A DNA stretch of 64,000 nt from Octopus vulgaris (taxonomy: Eukaryota), in NCBI GenBank assembly GCA_951406725.2, contig OX597815.1, positions 166,718,001 to 166,782,000 of the forward strand. The letters run 5' to 3'. Each line of letters opens with the position of its first letter. Position 1 is the first letter of the stretch. Positions 38,690 through 53,538 of this stretch are shown piece after piece. The translations under genes and the position numbers were made by a program. The notes beneath the pieces were generated by a model that saw only the letters and a program-made list of their open reading frames with translations, did no database searches and had not been told where the DNA came from.

Positions 38690-40570
38690 GGTAAAACATT
38701 TATTGAATTATTCAGCCATCAACTTGTTGTATACCTTTTCGCCATTTATTAGAATGCAACTTGGATAGTTATTAACAAGCTTGTTTCTAGAAATTATTCT
38801 TCCCACAGTTGACCACATCTTTTAAACATCTGATTTATGTTTTTCGATTTGGTTAAAAAAATAATTAGCTTTCACTTTTAATGTGTTAAAAATTTTTGCG
38901 TAATTTTTTATACCTTTCTTCATTCTTGGAAGTTTTATTTTTCATGTATTTTAAATACAAACTTTGTTTTCGTTTAGAACTGCGAAAAATTCCAGTTGTC
39001 ACCTATTTGTTCTAAATAGACTTTTCTTTCACCAGTTTTTCCTTTTTAGGAAAATACTCATTATAATGACGTTCGAAATTAGGTAAAAAATATCCATAAG
39101 CTCTGTTTGAATCACGTGTGTTAACAACAGGCGTTCAACTGCATTCTTTGAGTTTGTTGTTGAAAAGATTAAATTTTTCTCGCGTGAATGTCCTCTTTTT
39201 AACCATTATTTTCTTCGATAATTTTTTGGGGCTGTACTGAATATTCCTTACTAAGAGGAGGACAGTGATCACTGATTTTTGCTCATACTATGTCAGATTT
39301 AATATTCTGATTATAACCTAAATTATAGAATATGTTGTCAATGCAAGTGATTTTTGGTTTGTTACACGCGTGGCATTAGTGATGGAAGGCATAAAATAAC
39401 TTTCACGAATTTTTTGGAAGAGGCTTCTAACCTTTGGATCTGTTTCGTATGCAAATAAGTTGAGATTAGTGTCACCAGAAATAAATATTGGTTTCTGCTT
39501 AATAGCAGTGACGAACTTGTATTTCAGTTAAAACCTTCATTTTCCATTTTTGTGGCCGATGTATGTTTCCAAGTAAGATATTTTGGGGGTCTCTTATTAC
39601 TTCAAGAAATTGAACTTCAAGGTCTACACTAGTACTTTGTAGTTCTTCTATTTCACAACCGTCCAAATCCCTCATTAAATAAATATAGAGGCTCCGACCT
39701 TTCATATTGAGTCTTCGAGGTACATGAAGACATTTATAACTAGGCAATGTATAATTTGAATCTAAATCCTGTTCTTTTTCGTCTTTTGCCCAATCTTCTT
39801 GTAGGCAAATAACAACATTTAAAAGGAAAATCCGATAATATTTTCAACTCAACAACATTTTTTTACAAAGATTTTACGTTAAAACTTATAATTTACAGTG
39901 AATTTTCGAATTTAATTGAGCACGAGGTCTCCTCAATAAATGGAAAGTCATAAAACGTGGTGTCAATGACACTTTCTGAATGTCGCGCATTTACGAAATC
40001 ACCAGGATTTATTTCATCATATTATTTCTCAAAATACGTAATTTTTAAATTCCATTATTTCAAGTTTCATAACTACGTTCTTCTCAGTCAGCTTATCAAT
40101 CTTGGCCTCTAATCGATTAACACTGAAAAATTCCATAATTCTTGTTTTATTTAACTTCATGATTTCTTTCAGTTGCATCCGCGTAAATTTTTTAGCCATG
40201 CTAACGCTGAATATATCCTTTCTCGTTGATGTGTATGAACCTTTCCTTGAAATGCGAGACAAGATAGAGGTTTTAGAATAAAGGAGTAAAAAATGATTCT
40301 GTTTTGAAACTTCCTTCTAGTTTTAAAGTAGGACTTCCATTTAGTAGCTTTAGTGTCTTTTGTTGATTTTGACTGGTCCTTTTTACATTTTCGGTGATTT
40401 TAGTTCGACTTGCGGGATAGTTTTTGGATGATGGTAACAGAAGTTGCCATTCTAAGCGGTAACGATCCTATTCAAAACATCGAAATCGCAATGCGGCACG
40501 GTGGACAGCCGATGAGGATAATTTTCAGTTTGTTTCGTTTTTTGTTTTGCTTCGGTTGTTGCATGTTTTC
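38690..40570 (-). pseudogene. CR1/L2-group LINE 5' part (ORF1 coiled-coil remnant and AP endonuclease)
   Basis: NVKSL..CLQEDW..NILLGNIHRP..SGDTNLNL..TRVTN..ISDHCP are APE motifs. A coiled-coil-like ORF lies at 40029-40262. Confidence 0.75.
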
Positions 40571-40663
40571 ATTGTGTGCGTTTCATGTGCTACACACATA
40601 CATACATACATACATACATAATACATACATACATACATACGTACGTATCGCATAAACAAACTG

Positions 40664-40756
<93 letters not shown>

Positions 40757-42965
40757 TGTTAGCGAGCTTATCTGTGTTCCTATATATATATGCAGATCTG
40801 TACATTTGCCTCGAGGTATATAAAGGAAGAGTCAGTCTTGGATATATTTAGTGAATACAAATAGTTTTGCAACTACGCATCTTGGTTTATTTGTGGTTCA
40901 ATACAGTCATCTCTGATGGAGGGGAACGGTTAATAGCTACATAGATGGTGGCAGAGAGTACACTTCCAAAGTGCTCGAAAAGACGAAATCAAAGTTGTTT
41001 TTTTAACAATGATAGATTTAAAATAAAGGATTAGAATGAAGGAAGCAAACACTTGTAAATATAGAGTTTCAGTTTAACGATCAAAAACAAACATAATTGA
41101 TATTAATAAAAGTACCACCAACAAAAATAATATCAGTTAGATCTAGATAAAAGAGAAATCGTAGAGGAGATACTTCACATACGAGAGTGTCTTGTTATTC
41201 AATGAACTTAACCAGTAAAGTGAGGAAAAGATGACATCTGTCTTTAAAAAACAAGTGAGGGCTTTCACAGCTCTCCGGTATGTTCTTTAATTTTCGAGGA
41301 TCACTAGAATTTGTATATTTATTGTATATTTATTGAGAACTCACTCGTTGCAGTTCATTCCTGGCCGCATTGATACACATTATCTGTGTATCATTGATAC
41401 ACATATTGTGCTAGAAAGGTGACGACAAACCAAGAATCGACCCATGTTTGACTTACATCCTTGTATTTCAGATATCTAAATGTGTGACGTACCAACTCAG
41501 TCTGATTATTCACTTCATCCTCTCTTGAATAAACAAGAGTCACTGTTCCGTAGCTCTTGCCTCGATCTGTATGAGGTATCGTTCTACATATCAGCTAGCC
41601 CATAATTGTTCCCCGAGAGCATTTAGACTATCAATTCGGTTTTATTGATGCTTAAATAGTCAACTTTCTTTTATTGTCTTTCTTGAATAAAAAATAGCCC
41701 ATAGAAATGCATTTGTTTTTGTCACAAATGTTTGCCAAGTAGAGTCTTCTGAAGGACTTTATTTATAATCATGATTTGTTTGTCACTGCAAGTAAGTGTA
41801 AAGCTAAAACGTTTTGCGTTTGTTCAATGTTGTTGCCAAAGAATCACAAATTTCGCTAACCTTTTAGCATTTATACTGAAAGCAAAATAAATTGGAATTT
41901 TCAGTACTTTTTTTTCAATGCACATACTTTCTTCAGTAATTTTGTTCACATTGTTCTTTTGATCTTGTGTCTTTTTCTGCAAAAACCAGACTTTTACCGG
42001 TTTTAGAGACATGTTCCACAAACAAATGTTAGTTTAACACAAGCTACGAGCAACAAAAAATAGTGCTCGACTTTTTCTTTTTACTTATTTGCAAAGGAAT
42101 TAAAAAGTTTGAGCCATCCAAATTTTGAAAAATATTCACGCAGGTTTTCCTCTTATGTAAGAAAGGTGAAGACGCAATCTAGTTGACACTGTGGCGGTGC
42201 TTTTTCTTGTTGCTGCTGGGGTAGTTTTCAAACCCGCTGGCTGCCAAGGCGTCGCTATATTAGAGAGACAGCCGTATCAAAAGCATCTTTATTGGAGGAT
42301 ACGTCTGAGACGCTCCGATACTTTTAACAAGATGTTTAAACGCTATAGGCGGGTGACAGGAAGGCATGCAGATGTACGACAGCCTTGTGTTTGGTTTGCA
42401 GTGGAGCCTGTATGAACCTGCACTTAAATAAAGTGTTATGCCTAGTTTGGTCTCTATAGTAACCTTAAGCGTTTGAGAATTAAGTGTGTGGATCATGTCT
42501 GTCGAAGGTGTGCCCATTTACACCTCTAGAAATGTTTAGAGTGGCCAAAGAGAGTTGAAAAAAATTGTTACCTAGAGTGTATAATATATAGTGGCAGTCA
42601 TTAGCACACATTAGCAAATCGTTTGTTTGTTAGTTTCTATGAAAAAAAAGCCTGTAATCTTGATAGATCCATTGGGCCGGGCTAGCTTTGAATTAAGAAA
42701 CACACAATAATGTCGAAACATTACGGTGTTTCAAAGACCATTTACGACAGCGAATTGCATGTGTTATGAATGCACATTGTCAAATGAGAGGAGATTTTCT
42801 CCGATGATGAAAAACAACATCGATGAGATATTCACTTTCAAATCTGGCATAACATACTGAGAATAAGTAGATTTGTTATCGTTGGAAAATAAAAAAAACC
42901 CCAAAGTAATTCACACAAACCCGATACAAAGCTACGCCGCTAATGTAGTGATAGGACGCAATAAA

Positions 42966-43337
42966 AATAAGAGCACTCAAAGAGTGCAATCCTCCGCCAA
43001 GGCAACACCAACGTCCTCTCAACGATTAGCCGGAGATGATTTTTAAAATGGCAATATCTGAAATAAACTCGACTGCTCTCACAAACGAGAATACGAAAAT
43101 GAATCCAACCGCTCCCCAAAATTAAGTAAAAAAAAAAATAACGGAAATATCATCCAGAATCCTTATCCGGTACCGGATCAATCCCCAAATCTAATCAGTT
43201 CGTGCCAATCACGAAGGCAAACATCCCTAAAGTTTCATCCGAATCCATCCAGCGGTTCTTGAGATATCTTGTCCACGGACAAACAAACAAACACAACTGA
43301 AAACAATACCTCCGCCTTAGCGAAGCGGAGTTAATAA
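42966..43337 (-). mobile_element. HINE/DINE-1-like (Helentron-associated) non-autonomous element
   Basis: cctccgcc subterminal repeats at both ends, a 5' palindrome ctccgc..gcggag, a (GTTT)n block and a 3' hairpin gcactc-aaa-gagtgc in a T-rich context. Confidence 0.7.
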
Positions 43338-44324
43338 AATTATGGGATAAATAAAATCAATTTGTATCATATGTATAAGGCCAAACCTTTTTTGAGAAGC
43401 GGGAGTGTAGAAGATTAAATCGCTCCTAGTACAGTACTTGAACGCTATTTGTTCTTCCTTAAATGACGAATATAGCTTCGCCGCTATTATTTATGATGTA
43501 TAGCGCTTTATCGTTATTATTCCGCATCAGATGTCAGAGCAACTCATAAAACATTAATTTCACTTTGATATTGCACAGTATATCAAAATAAAACAAGACG
43601 AACGAATAAAAGATTATTATAAAATATATAATAAGAAAAAAAGTATCAAGGTTTCAATTTTTTTTCTTAGAAAATAAAATAAAAACCGCATTTGCGAAGT
43701 ATTTTTAGTGGGTTATGATTATTAAACGTCACAGTATCCAAATTAATCTTTCGCAAGTTATAATTTGATTAGAAATTATAATTTGAATCCTTTACAAAGA
43801 TCATAAGCCATTAAAAGTACTTCGCAAAACAGTTTTTATATCTTTTGCATGCAGTTCTATTTAGAAATGCGAAATAAGAACGATGTTTATATTCAGTCAG
43901 GACATGTGATGCGAGATAATAACGATAAAGTCCCCAAATTAGTTATCGTTAGGATTTACCCGCAGAATGTAAACTGATGAATCTAAATATAAGCGAAAAT
44001 GTCGTCCGGTTTATGCTCTCCTTTTAACCTCATTCCAAAACATAATTCATACGAGGTCGTCCTTACCTCTCGTTCACTTGATGGTAGCAGAATAAGTACC
44101 AGTGATATATTAATATCGATTCAATGTACTCTTTATCTTTTTATATGGATATTTTTCATTGGCTCCATCCAGTCAAGGAATATCAATGTTCTATGTCCCT
44201 CTTTTTTTTACTAAGCGTTTTTGTTTCCTTGTATTCAGTCAGTTCAGATTTCATCATCTTTTTACAAATGTGCCTCCCTTCCATTGGTAAGAATCTTCAA
44301 TTCATTTTGAATATAATTTTTCTT

Positions 44325-44510
44325 TTATCTCTTACTTGTTTCAGTCATTAGACTGCGCGCATAGCATGAAAATTCTAGTCAAACGAATCTCCCTAGTACT
44401 TTTATTTTTAAAGCCTGGTACTTATTCTCTTGGTTTCTTTTACCGAACCGTTTAGGTATGAGGCCGTAAACACACCAATACCGGTTGTCAAACAGTGGTG
44501 GGTGACAAGG
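44325..44510 (-). mobile_element. SINE family C, 3' half (diverged)
   Basis: acttgtttcagtcattagactgc...ccggttgtcaa. Confidence 0.75.
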
Positions 44511-45714
44511 TTTTACATTCGTCTCAAAATCTTCAATAGTTAAAAAGCCGATTGAGGATTTTAATATGAAACTAAAAGTAAGAGTTATTATTTTTCTTTT
44601 TGCTGCAGTATACAGACTTCTCTCAAGATTTTAGTTCAATAACGTAAAGTAACAAAACACGTTATTTATACAAAGTTCTTAAAACGAGGAATCATGCTAA
44701 CTGTTAATACTGATAATAGTTAAGTGGACCTAACCAGTGAGACTAATTTGTCTTGCATACATATGAAGACTCGAACTTTCAAACAAAAGGTCAATACTTA
44801 ATCGTCTCGGGCAGCTGCCTTTTCTAAAATGTTGAATATACAAGAATGTATGGTTACAGATATTCCGTCTGCTAAATTTAATATGCATCGTATTTTCTCA
44901 TCATCAATATTATTTAATTTTTTATTCTAATTATTTTTTCTATTGCGCTCACTGTGTTTTTTTTTTTTTTTTTTTTTTTTTTTTCGCAGAATTAATCCAC
45001 CAATTGCTATCCATCTCTCTGCAAATAACTCGACAAAATTCCATTCTGCGACTTAATGGACTTTCACTGTTTTTACCGACCTCATAAAAGTTTTCTTTCC
45101 TATATGTTTCTTTTTCTTTGCTCTTACTATTTAAAACTAAACTTCCAAATTACTAACGATAGCAGGATGTCCATTAAAAAATAATAAAATAATAAAATAA
45201 TTGAAAAGGACAAAAAGAAAATTGATCGAATTTCTTTTCTCTATTAGCAGACTGGAGAAACAACAACATTTATACATTTACCCGCTGTCGAAATACTTTC
45301 TGGAAATAGATATCTACATGCATTCATACCTACATTTAACATTTGTACTGTAAACTAAGATTTGCACAGACCTACCAACACATACGCATTCTTCGTGCAA
45401 AGACATGCAGACAACACCTTCACTACATACATAGATACATTTAACATGCCAGTATGTTCATGCACACAAACACACACGTGTGTATGTGGGTGAGAGAGAG
45501 TGAGGGAGGGAGAGAGAGAGTGAGAAAGAGATTTGATCAACTTAAAAATCCTCCAGAAAATATACCAAACAATTTAAAAAATATTATTAAGAAAACTTTA
45601 TTTAATAAAATGCTGTAAATCCGTTTTCTCCCTGTACGAAAGCAGCACAGAGCTGTAAATATTTTTAACGCAAGTGATATTTTTGTAATTGTTGTGAAGG
45701 ATGTTAGTGGTGTC

Positions 45715-46139
45715 GGATCTTTTCGGTTTGAAGGGCATTTTTTTCTAGCGGTGTCATATGAAATTGTCACCCATAATTATGACCCTAGAATCGATCTATT
45801 GCATTTCAATCTCTTTTAGGGTTACGGTTAGTTAGGGTTAGGGGTTGGGGAAGGGTATCTTTTTTTCTTCACAAATGTAAATAAACCCAATCTGTTTCTT
45901 AAACGAGGGACATATTCATACGGCACAGAATGCTTTTTAACTCAATAGACGTCACTGATTGGTTGAAATTGCAGAAATTGATGAAAAAAACAACAAATAT
46001 CTTACAAACTATAGAATTTTCTCAATAAAGCCAAGAGAAAAAGATGTTTTATAAACACATTCTACCAGTATACGAAGTTTAAAATTTTTTAGTTACCTAG
46101 AAATTCTGTTAAAAACTGCCGTTCAACCCGAAAAGATCC
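45715..46139. mobile_element. Merlin-like MITE with internal TTAGGG-like repeats
   Basis: ~29-bp TIRs ggatcttttcggtttgaagggca / tgccgttcaacccgaaaagatcc and a perfect 8-bp TSD gtggtgtc (45707, 46140). A 6-bp TSD register is also possible. Confidence 0.8.
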
Positions 46140-46204
46140 GTGGTGTCTGTATTTATTTGTGTTTTTTTTTTTTAGAAACGTCATCAGTTATTTCTTTTTC
46201 TTCT

Positions 46205-46500
46205 TCTTTACTTGTTGCTTGTTTCATTCATTGGATTGGGGTCATGCTAGAGGACCGCATTGAAGGGTTTAGTCATATGTTATTACTTTTTTTAAAGTCT
46301 GGTACTTATTCTATCGGATTTTTTGCCGAACCTATAAGTTACGAGTACGTAAACAAACCAGTCAAGCGGTGGAGGTGACAAACATAACGAATACACATAT
46401 TCGATGGGCTTCTACACAATTTACATCTATTGTATTCACTCAGAAGGCATTGACTGACTCGTTGCTCCATTAGAAAACATTTGCCCAAGGTGCCGCATTG
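46205..46500 (-). mobile_element. Old SINE family C copy
   Basis: cttgtttcattcattgg..ctggtacttattctatcgg..ttgcccaaggtgccgca. Confidence 0.75.
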
Positions 46501-46658
46501 TTTTCAAAGTGAGCTCCTTAACCATACAGCAGAAATTCTCAACATTTCTTTCTCTGCTTTACCTTAAATATTTTGCCACATTTTTCACGTCTTTGAATAT
46601 TAGTAAAGGAGAAAAAAAGAAGATACATTCGCAAAGACCCACATTTAAACATACACAT

Positions 46659-46713
<55 letters not shown>

Positions 46714-49457
46714 TACATTCAAATGAAAATACACTGACCCACACACGCTCACTCACATATAAACGTATATAATCAAAAGCTCTTCTATACATACACATTC
46801 ATATAAATTTACTTTTTACACCAAAGCTAAACGCATATCAGTTTAGACTGCCATATATTTTATCTTTAACTCCACTTAAGAACGATGTTAGTCTGCCATC
46901 ATCGCCAGCAAAGTTTCATTTTTCTTTTCTTCAAACGTAAACTTAACAAATCTGTAAAACATACAATATTCTTATTTATCTTAAATCAGGTGATTTAAGC
47001 TATTGTAGAGTTTTAGAAACATTAAAAAAAATTGCATTTTAGGGTATGTTTTTTTGCTGTTTTAATTTTAGTTATGAAATTATAGGTAATCTTAAATGTC
47101 TGATTCTAAACCACAGACACTGAACATGTTCTTGTAGTTTTGTTATCTACCTGGGTGGTTTACAACGGGTAATTCAGATACAATGTGCATTAGAAAATAC
47201 CTAGTAGGTGCTGCTCCAAATAATAGTCACTGTAAAAATAAAACAATAAAACCGGCATTCTTGTTAAATACGTGTTATGACTTGTTTACAGATAGCATGT
47301 AACACACTACCAATATCTAGAAAGATGAATGTATTTGGTTATTTTTTAATCCTATGTCAGAGTGATGCTTTACAAAGGTTTTCTAGTCATAACCTTCCTG
47401 TCCATTCAGATATAATTTAGCTCATGGTATTTCACATATCGGTTTTTGCCAATGTTATTCAAATATATGCCGCTAGCCACTTCGAGTTATTTCTCTTAGC
47501 TCATTTTTGTTTGTATTATGCAAATTACCTGGTTTCTACACTGTTCTATGAAATTCTAAGTTCTTTGGCCATTGGAAGACAAAGTGGAACAATTGTTGTG
47601 CTAATGAAAGCAACTGAGGCAGAAAAACGTATCTTACTACTGCCTTGTTATTAAACCTATCCTTTTTTTTCATGGCATGTTCCCTTACGAGAATTCTTTT
47701 TTAATCCGGAGAGATTGAATCATAATCGCCATTTGGTAACTATGATCCATCCTTTAAAGGCTGAGGTAATTTCAATAAATCGATTCTTTTTGCTGCATGG
47801 TATTTGACATAACTGTATTTGTCTGGCAACTTTAACGCAAAATAGATTTATACTTGTCAATAAAAGAGAAAAACTAGAATTACATTCTAGTGGGGAAATA
47901 AATACTCTTGGAAAAGTCTTGAGTAATATAAGGGCTCAGTGACTGAATGGTGCGATTTTATCTGTTGCATATGAGAACACTACGATTTGGAGTACTCGCA
48001 CTTGAAGGTTTCCTCGTTATAGTTAAGATAAACCAAGAGTAAGTTCATTTTCGTAAGAGCAAAAGAAATGTCTTGCGAACATTTCTTTTCTTAGCCATTG
48101 AATAATAGTTACTTTATCCGATATATATTGCCCCATTTTATAAAGGAGGAAGGGTATGATTCGAGGAAGGTGTGGTTATTATTTCTAACAGGAGGAATGA
48201 TCGCGTAGAATCTCATACATTTGGATGGCTGGATTTTACTCGCCTCTCATCAAAATTCTCTGATACTTTATATTAATTTGAAAATTTTTGAGAAGTTGCC
48301 GCCACATTACAGTTTTCAATTATTATTTTAAGATTTCGCAGATTCTGCAGCCGTCCGTGTCTAATCACTGTTATATAATTATAAGTGCTTGTATCAGTGA
48401 AGGTGACCGCAATAACGTAGGGAGAGGTAGAGTTTATATATTTTCGCCGCTTTCTTCTCCAGCAGCTTTTGTCTGGTGTCAGGTGTCTCATGAAAACTAA
48501 CTAATATTACTAGACATAAATATATACGAGTGTAAGACCATATGTGCATATATGTGGGTGTATACTTGCTTGCATTTAAGCACACCTGTAAGCACGCATA
48601 TATATATATATATGCATGTATGCATGTATGCATGTATGTATGCATGTATGTTTGTACTCATGCATGCATGTTTGTATGTATGTTTGCATGCATATATATA
48701 TATAAGTATATGCTCATACGTGATTTTAATTTGTGCAACTGAAATACTCTCCAAAGCGTTTCTGTATACGTAAGTGCATGATTGTGTATGTATGTACAGA
48801 CATATACATGTCTGTATATATGTGCGTACGTACATGTATAGGTATGTAAGTAATTTATGTATATTTGTATGCACATGTCTATATGTGCACACATATGCAA
48901 TGAGTGTATATATGCCCTCAGGCAACGACGAATGGCGAACATTTAGAATGCTTTGGAGAAGTTCTCTTGATCCCGCAGCAACTTAGAGTATGCAACTCAG
49001 TATTTTCTGGATACGGCATTTCAAGATTCTGCATAGATAGTTCCATAACGCCGTCTACATTTGACTTAGAGTATAGATGAGAATTTATAACCAGAGTGAA
49101 AGAGCTCTCGGCTTCGCCGAGGTTCACCGCAGGTGTTATACTGCTCTGTAACGTTAGACGAGATATTTACACCTGCAGGAAAGTTGATCTCTTCACAAAC
49201 GCAAAGCTTTTGCTCTTAATCCTGGGAATAATATGAAGTTTATTTTTGTTTACATCGGGTTGGTTGCTTTCTTAAAATGTTTCACAAGCATTATTTAGTT
49301 TAAAGATGTGAATACATTCAGTTTCATTAAGTGCATCTGATACAGCTTCCAGGATAATCTTCCCTAAAAGTTGCATTGCATAAGGTATCCATAAATTATA
49401 CATACAGCTTCCACAATTTATTGTATCGACTTATTACGTGCAGCCAATGGAGACATG

Positions 49458-49760
49458 GTGGAGGCACATGACCAAGTTGTTAGAGCAGTGGACTCGCGAT
49501 CGAGGGATCGCGGGTTCGAATCTCAGACCGGGCGATGCGTGTGTTTATGAGCGAAACGCCTAAGCTCCACGCGGCTCCGGCAGAAGGTGATGGCGAACTT
49601 CTGCTGACTCTTTCGCCACAACTTTCTCTCACTCTTTCCTCCTGCATCTTGCAGCTCACCTGCGACGGACCGGCGTCCCGTTCAGGTGGGGAACCTATAC
49701 GCCAAGGAAACCAGGAAACCGACCCTTATGAGCCAGCCGTGGCTCGAGAAGGAACAAGCA
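49458..49760 (+). mobile_element. Full-length SINE family R head/body with V-domain-like 3' part
   Basis: B box ggttcgaatct, body shared with 26086, cctgcgacggaccggcgtcccgttcagg shared with 3113, and TSD aatggagacatg (49446, 49761). Confidence 0.9.
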
Positions 49761-50185
49761 AATGGAGACATGTGGAAGTGTTCTGATGCTTGTAATAAAA
49801 CTTTGCTTGTTTTTCAATAAACTCTGCTGAATTACCCTTACTTTTCATTTTTCTCTGAATTTTTCAAATTCTAAAGGTAATTTATGGACACCCTGTATAT
49901 AGTTTTTGCAACAATATTATATAGCTTTAACAAAGTAGTATCTATCGGAAATTTTGAGAAGCTACAGATGATGTTGGTGTCATCTGTACTGGAAGAAAGA
50001 AAAATGTCGATCTCCCTTGTTCTTGTGGTTGCTGTTGTTGTGTTTGTTGTTGTTGTTGTTGTTGTTGTCGTCGTCGTCGTCGTCGTTGCTGCTGCTGCTG
50101 TTACTGCTGCTACCATTGTTGTAGCTTAGCCCCGGATCAGTTCCGATTGAGCAGACACATAAATGCATTCCAATCGTGAATCACC

Positions 50186-50590
50186 TAGTGGTAAGTAACT
50201 TGCTTATCAACCACAAGGTTCCAGGTTCAGTCTCATTGCATGGCACTTTGGGCAAGTGCCTTCTACTATAACCTCGGGCCGACCAATGCCTTCTGAGTGG
50301 ATTTTGGCAGACGGAAACTGAAAGAAGCCCGTCGTATATATATATATTTATATATATATATATACACACATATGTGTGTGTGTGTGTTTGTGTTTGTGTT
50401 TGTTCCCATCGCTTGACAACCGATGTTTGTGTGTTCACGTCCCCGTAACATAGCGGTTCGGCAAGAGACACCGATAGAATAAGTACTAGACCTACAAAGA
50501 ATAAGTCCTGGGGTCGATTTGTTCGACTAAAGCCGGTGCTCTAGTATGGCCACAGTCTTATAACTGAAACAAGTAAAAGAATAAAAGATT
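50186..50590 (+). mobile_element. SINE family C, near full length
   Basis: Same architecture as 6413-6910. Confidence 0.9.
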
Positions 50591-52759
50591 AGTACATTTA
50601 AGATTACATTTATTTTCTTCATCATTTTCTTTTTTGTTTACAAAAACACAACAAAACAAATCAAAACGAAAGCAAAACAACGCTACTATGTATTTAAAAG
50701 GAGACTTGCCTATTATTGCTAGCAGGTCGAGCGACAACTTAGAAGTTCCTTCATTAGCTCCTTATCTCCTTTGTTGATGAAAGTATTTAGAAGTTATCTT
50801 CTGTTATGAAAACAAAAAGGGCGTATCCTTCTAGGTGGATTGTAACGCATCTATCATTGGCTTGATAGAAGCTGCTCTATCTGTTAATATTGTTGTCATT
50901 TTCTAGTTTTTTATACACACTCATGTATTAGTTTCCTGTTGATTTATTTAATACTTCTCCTCTAAGTTTTTTTCAAGTAGGTCAGTTCCACTTTAGATCA
51001 CATGTAGTATCTGGACATTTAGATTACACTCATATAGTGTGTACAATGATAATATATCTAGCCTACGTTCTTCCGTTTAAGTTCTATTTTCTTCTCGTTA
51101 CTGTTGATCTAAAAATCATCGGTGTTTTGTCCTGAGGTCCAAATTGTGTATTTCTTGAAGTACCTAGGTTTCTGCCACAAATTCTGGTTACTATCCCGGA
51201 TACTAGACTTATAGAATTATAAGTGTTATTAGATTCAGACTTGTTGAATAGGGAGAGCGCCAACTATATAGCATTTGAAGACTGCTGGAGTATTCTTTCC
51301 TAATTCTAGCAATTTTTACAAGAACTACTTAGTCAAAGATCTCATCAACTATAGAGCCAATAAGGGTCATTTAGGTGGCCGCGTGATTTGTTAGAAAAAG
51401 CAACCAAATCTTTCTGATATGACAATCTGCTAACTTACAAAATAAAAAGAGAAAAGAAAAAAAGAAGAAAATGCACATCTAACAAAAAGAAAAAGAAAAC
51501 ACAATGCTTGTGTGTATGTGTAAATATTAGTATGCCATGACTGGAGAGCACTTCAGTATAAATCATAGTTCTGCTGGTTCAGAGCTGAGCTTTCGATTAA
51601 GCAATCGCAATACGAACTCGTTTATTCTGACATACGTTTAGCATTCGTTATTTAGACAAACAAAACACATAGACTTTCAATACCAGTGTTGTCTGCTCAA
51701 CGATTTTACCTCCAACAAGATAAGAACATTTTTATGGCCAAATTCTGTTCCAGTGTTTCGTGAAAACGTTAAGACAAGATTTAAGTTTCTGGTATTAGTA
51801 CAAACATAGTTGAATATAGGCATATATGAATATAAGTACGTATAGAGGCAATTATACAGATAAACAAATTCAATATAACAACTTTGGCTTGGTATACATG
51901 ATTACCTCCAAATTTGCTCACCTTAATTCCTCTTATAGCCATTCTTTACCCAGCAGAATTGGCTCCACGTAAAGACATTGGAGTCTAAGTTCGAATCATT
52001 TGAGCACTACTAAGTGTTTTCTATAACGAGAATCTCTGGATCTCATCTGTTGACTATAAATATAGACATATAATTTAAAGACTAAAACTACGTACATAAA
52101 TATTCGCCGTATTTAGTCCATCATGTCAAACCGCATTTCAATTCATACATCCACTCCTTTACTCATATGTATATCCGTTGTTTTCTATGTCCGATTTAGT
52201 TCTCTGATGAAACACCACTCCCATTGACCATTCCTGACCCGTTTTGTTAAGTGATATTATTTCAATATTCTCGATATCAGTGTCAGCCTACAAAAAGGTT
52301 GGTTGCTGTTATTGTTACTGTTTAACAAGGTCAACCTCGATCCATCATATTTACAGCCAAAGTTATTCCTGCCAGGCTTATTCCATTTTTTATATCCAGG
52401 TTTGCCTTTTTCAATATATTACATTTTGAGGTGGCAAGATGTCCCTCAAGGGAGATTTGGCGGCTGTTTCTCGCTTATCAAGCAATTATGCAGTCCTCTT
52501 CTTGAGTCGCCCCCTTGCTTGGTAAAGCCAGCTTTATTGGAGGAATAGTACAAGGCTTAAAACTTCAAAGATGTTTTATGAATACATGAATACGCACATA
52601 TTATTCTTAGTGAATATATATGACCTACTTTTATAATTTTAGCACTCACCAAACATTACAACTGCTTAGTCCTATCAGCTCCATACAATTAATGATCGGT
52701 TATTTTACAAAGAAAAATATAATAAAAAATAATAGTCACAATATTAATGCTTTTAGTAG

Positions 52760-52965
52760 AGCGGTGAGCTAGCAGAATCGCTAGCACGTCGGCAGAGTAC
52801 TTAGCGGCATTTTGTCCGTCTGTTTTGTGTTCAAATTCCGCCGAGGTTGACTTTTCCTTTCATTCTTTGAGGTCGGTAAAATAAGTAGCAGTTGAGCACA
52901 GTGGTCGATGTAATCCACTTATCCTCTTTCCCCGAAATTACTATTCTTGTAGCAAAATTTGAAAC
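52760..52965 (+). mobile_element. SINE family M copy
   Basis: gcggtgagctagcagaatcg...ccgccgaggttgacttttcctttcattc. Confidence 0.85.
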
Positions 52966-53538
52966 CAATAATACGTTACTTAATGTAGATTTTAAAGAGA
53001 ATTTGGTTGCTACTTCTAGTAGGTCAAGAAATTACGAAGAGAATCCTCCTTTAAAACGTCTGCAGTTAGATAAATTGCTGTTTTATTGTTTTTATTGTGT
53101 AGACCCACGTTAACCTTGACTGAGTTCACCTACGATCACAGTTTTTCTATCAGTGATTACCTTATCTTTCATGAAGATATAGTACATCCAAAGCCACGGT
53201 GTGTTATATAATAAAATCTGTCTATTTTAAAACTGTAATGTTTGATTTGATACAAATTATACACATTATTTTTAAGAGACCGAACTATCAAATCGAGTAC
53301 TTGCCCTGTTAATTTTTTCTCGGTGAAAAGAAACTGATTGCAGTAAGCCAAATTAACTGTTGGAAGCCGTACTATAGATTGCATCTCGCTTGAACTAGTT
53401 AATTCGACATTTTAGAGCTCACTTTTAGTTCTTGGTACAATATAACAATACACGAACCACTTATTTCGTTACAGATCGGTTGTTTCCTGATGCACTATTT
53501 CATACTCTACCAATTCGGCTATATGAACTTTCGTTACA

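Noticed and set aside
41824-42021. VKVWF..KK resembling homeodomain helix 3; IPIYFAFSINAK resembling a PIF1/Helitron helicase motif
   Set aside because: It lacks the invariant Asn51/Arg53, has an upstream stop and no helices 1-2. The helicase similarity is too short to support.
44960-45090. polyT-cgcAG acceptor (also 25489)
   Set aside because: Only short frames follow, with no recognisable product or strong donor.
48918-49175. Minus-strand ORF/exon with cctgcAG acceptor
   Set aside because: There is an immediate stop after the acceptor. Mixed frames (GTIYAES..CRIQK) look more like a decayed RTE RT than a host exon, and support is weak either way.
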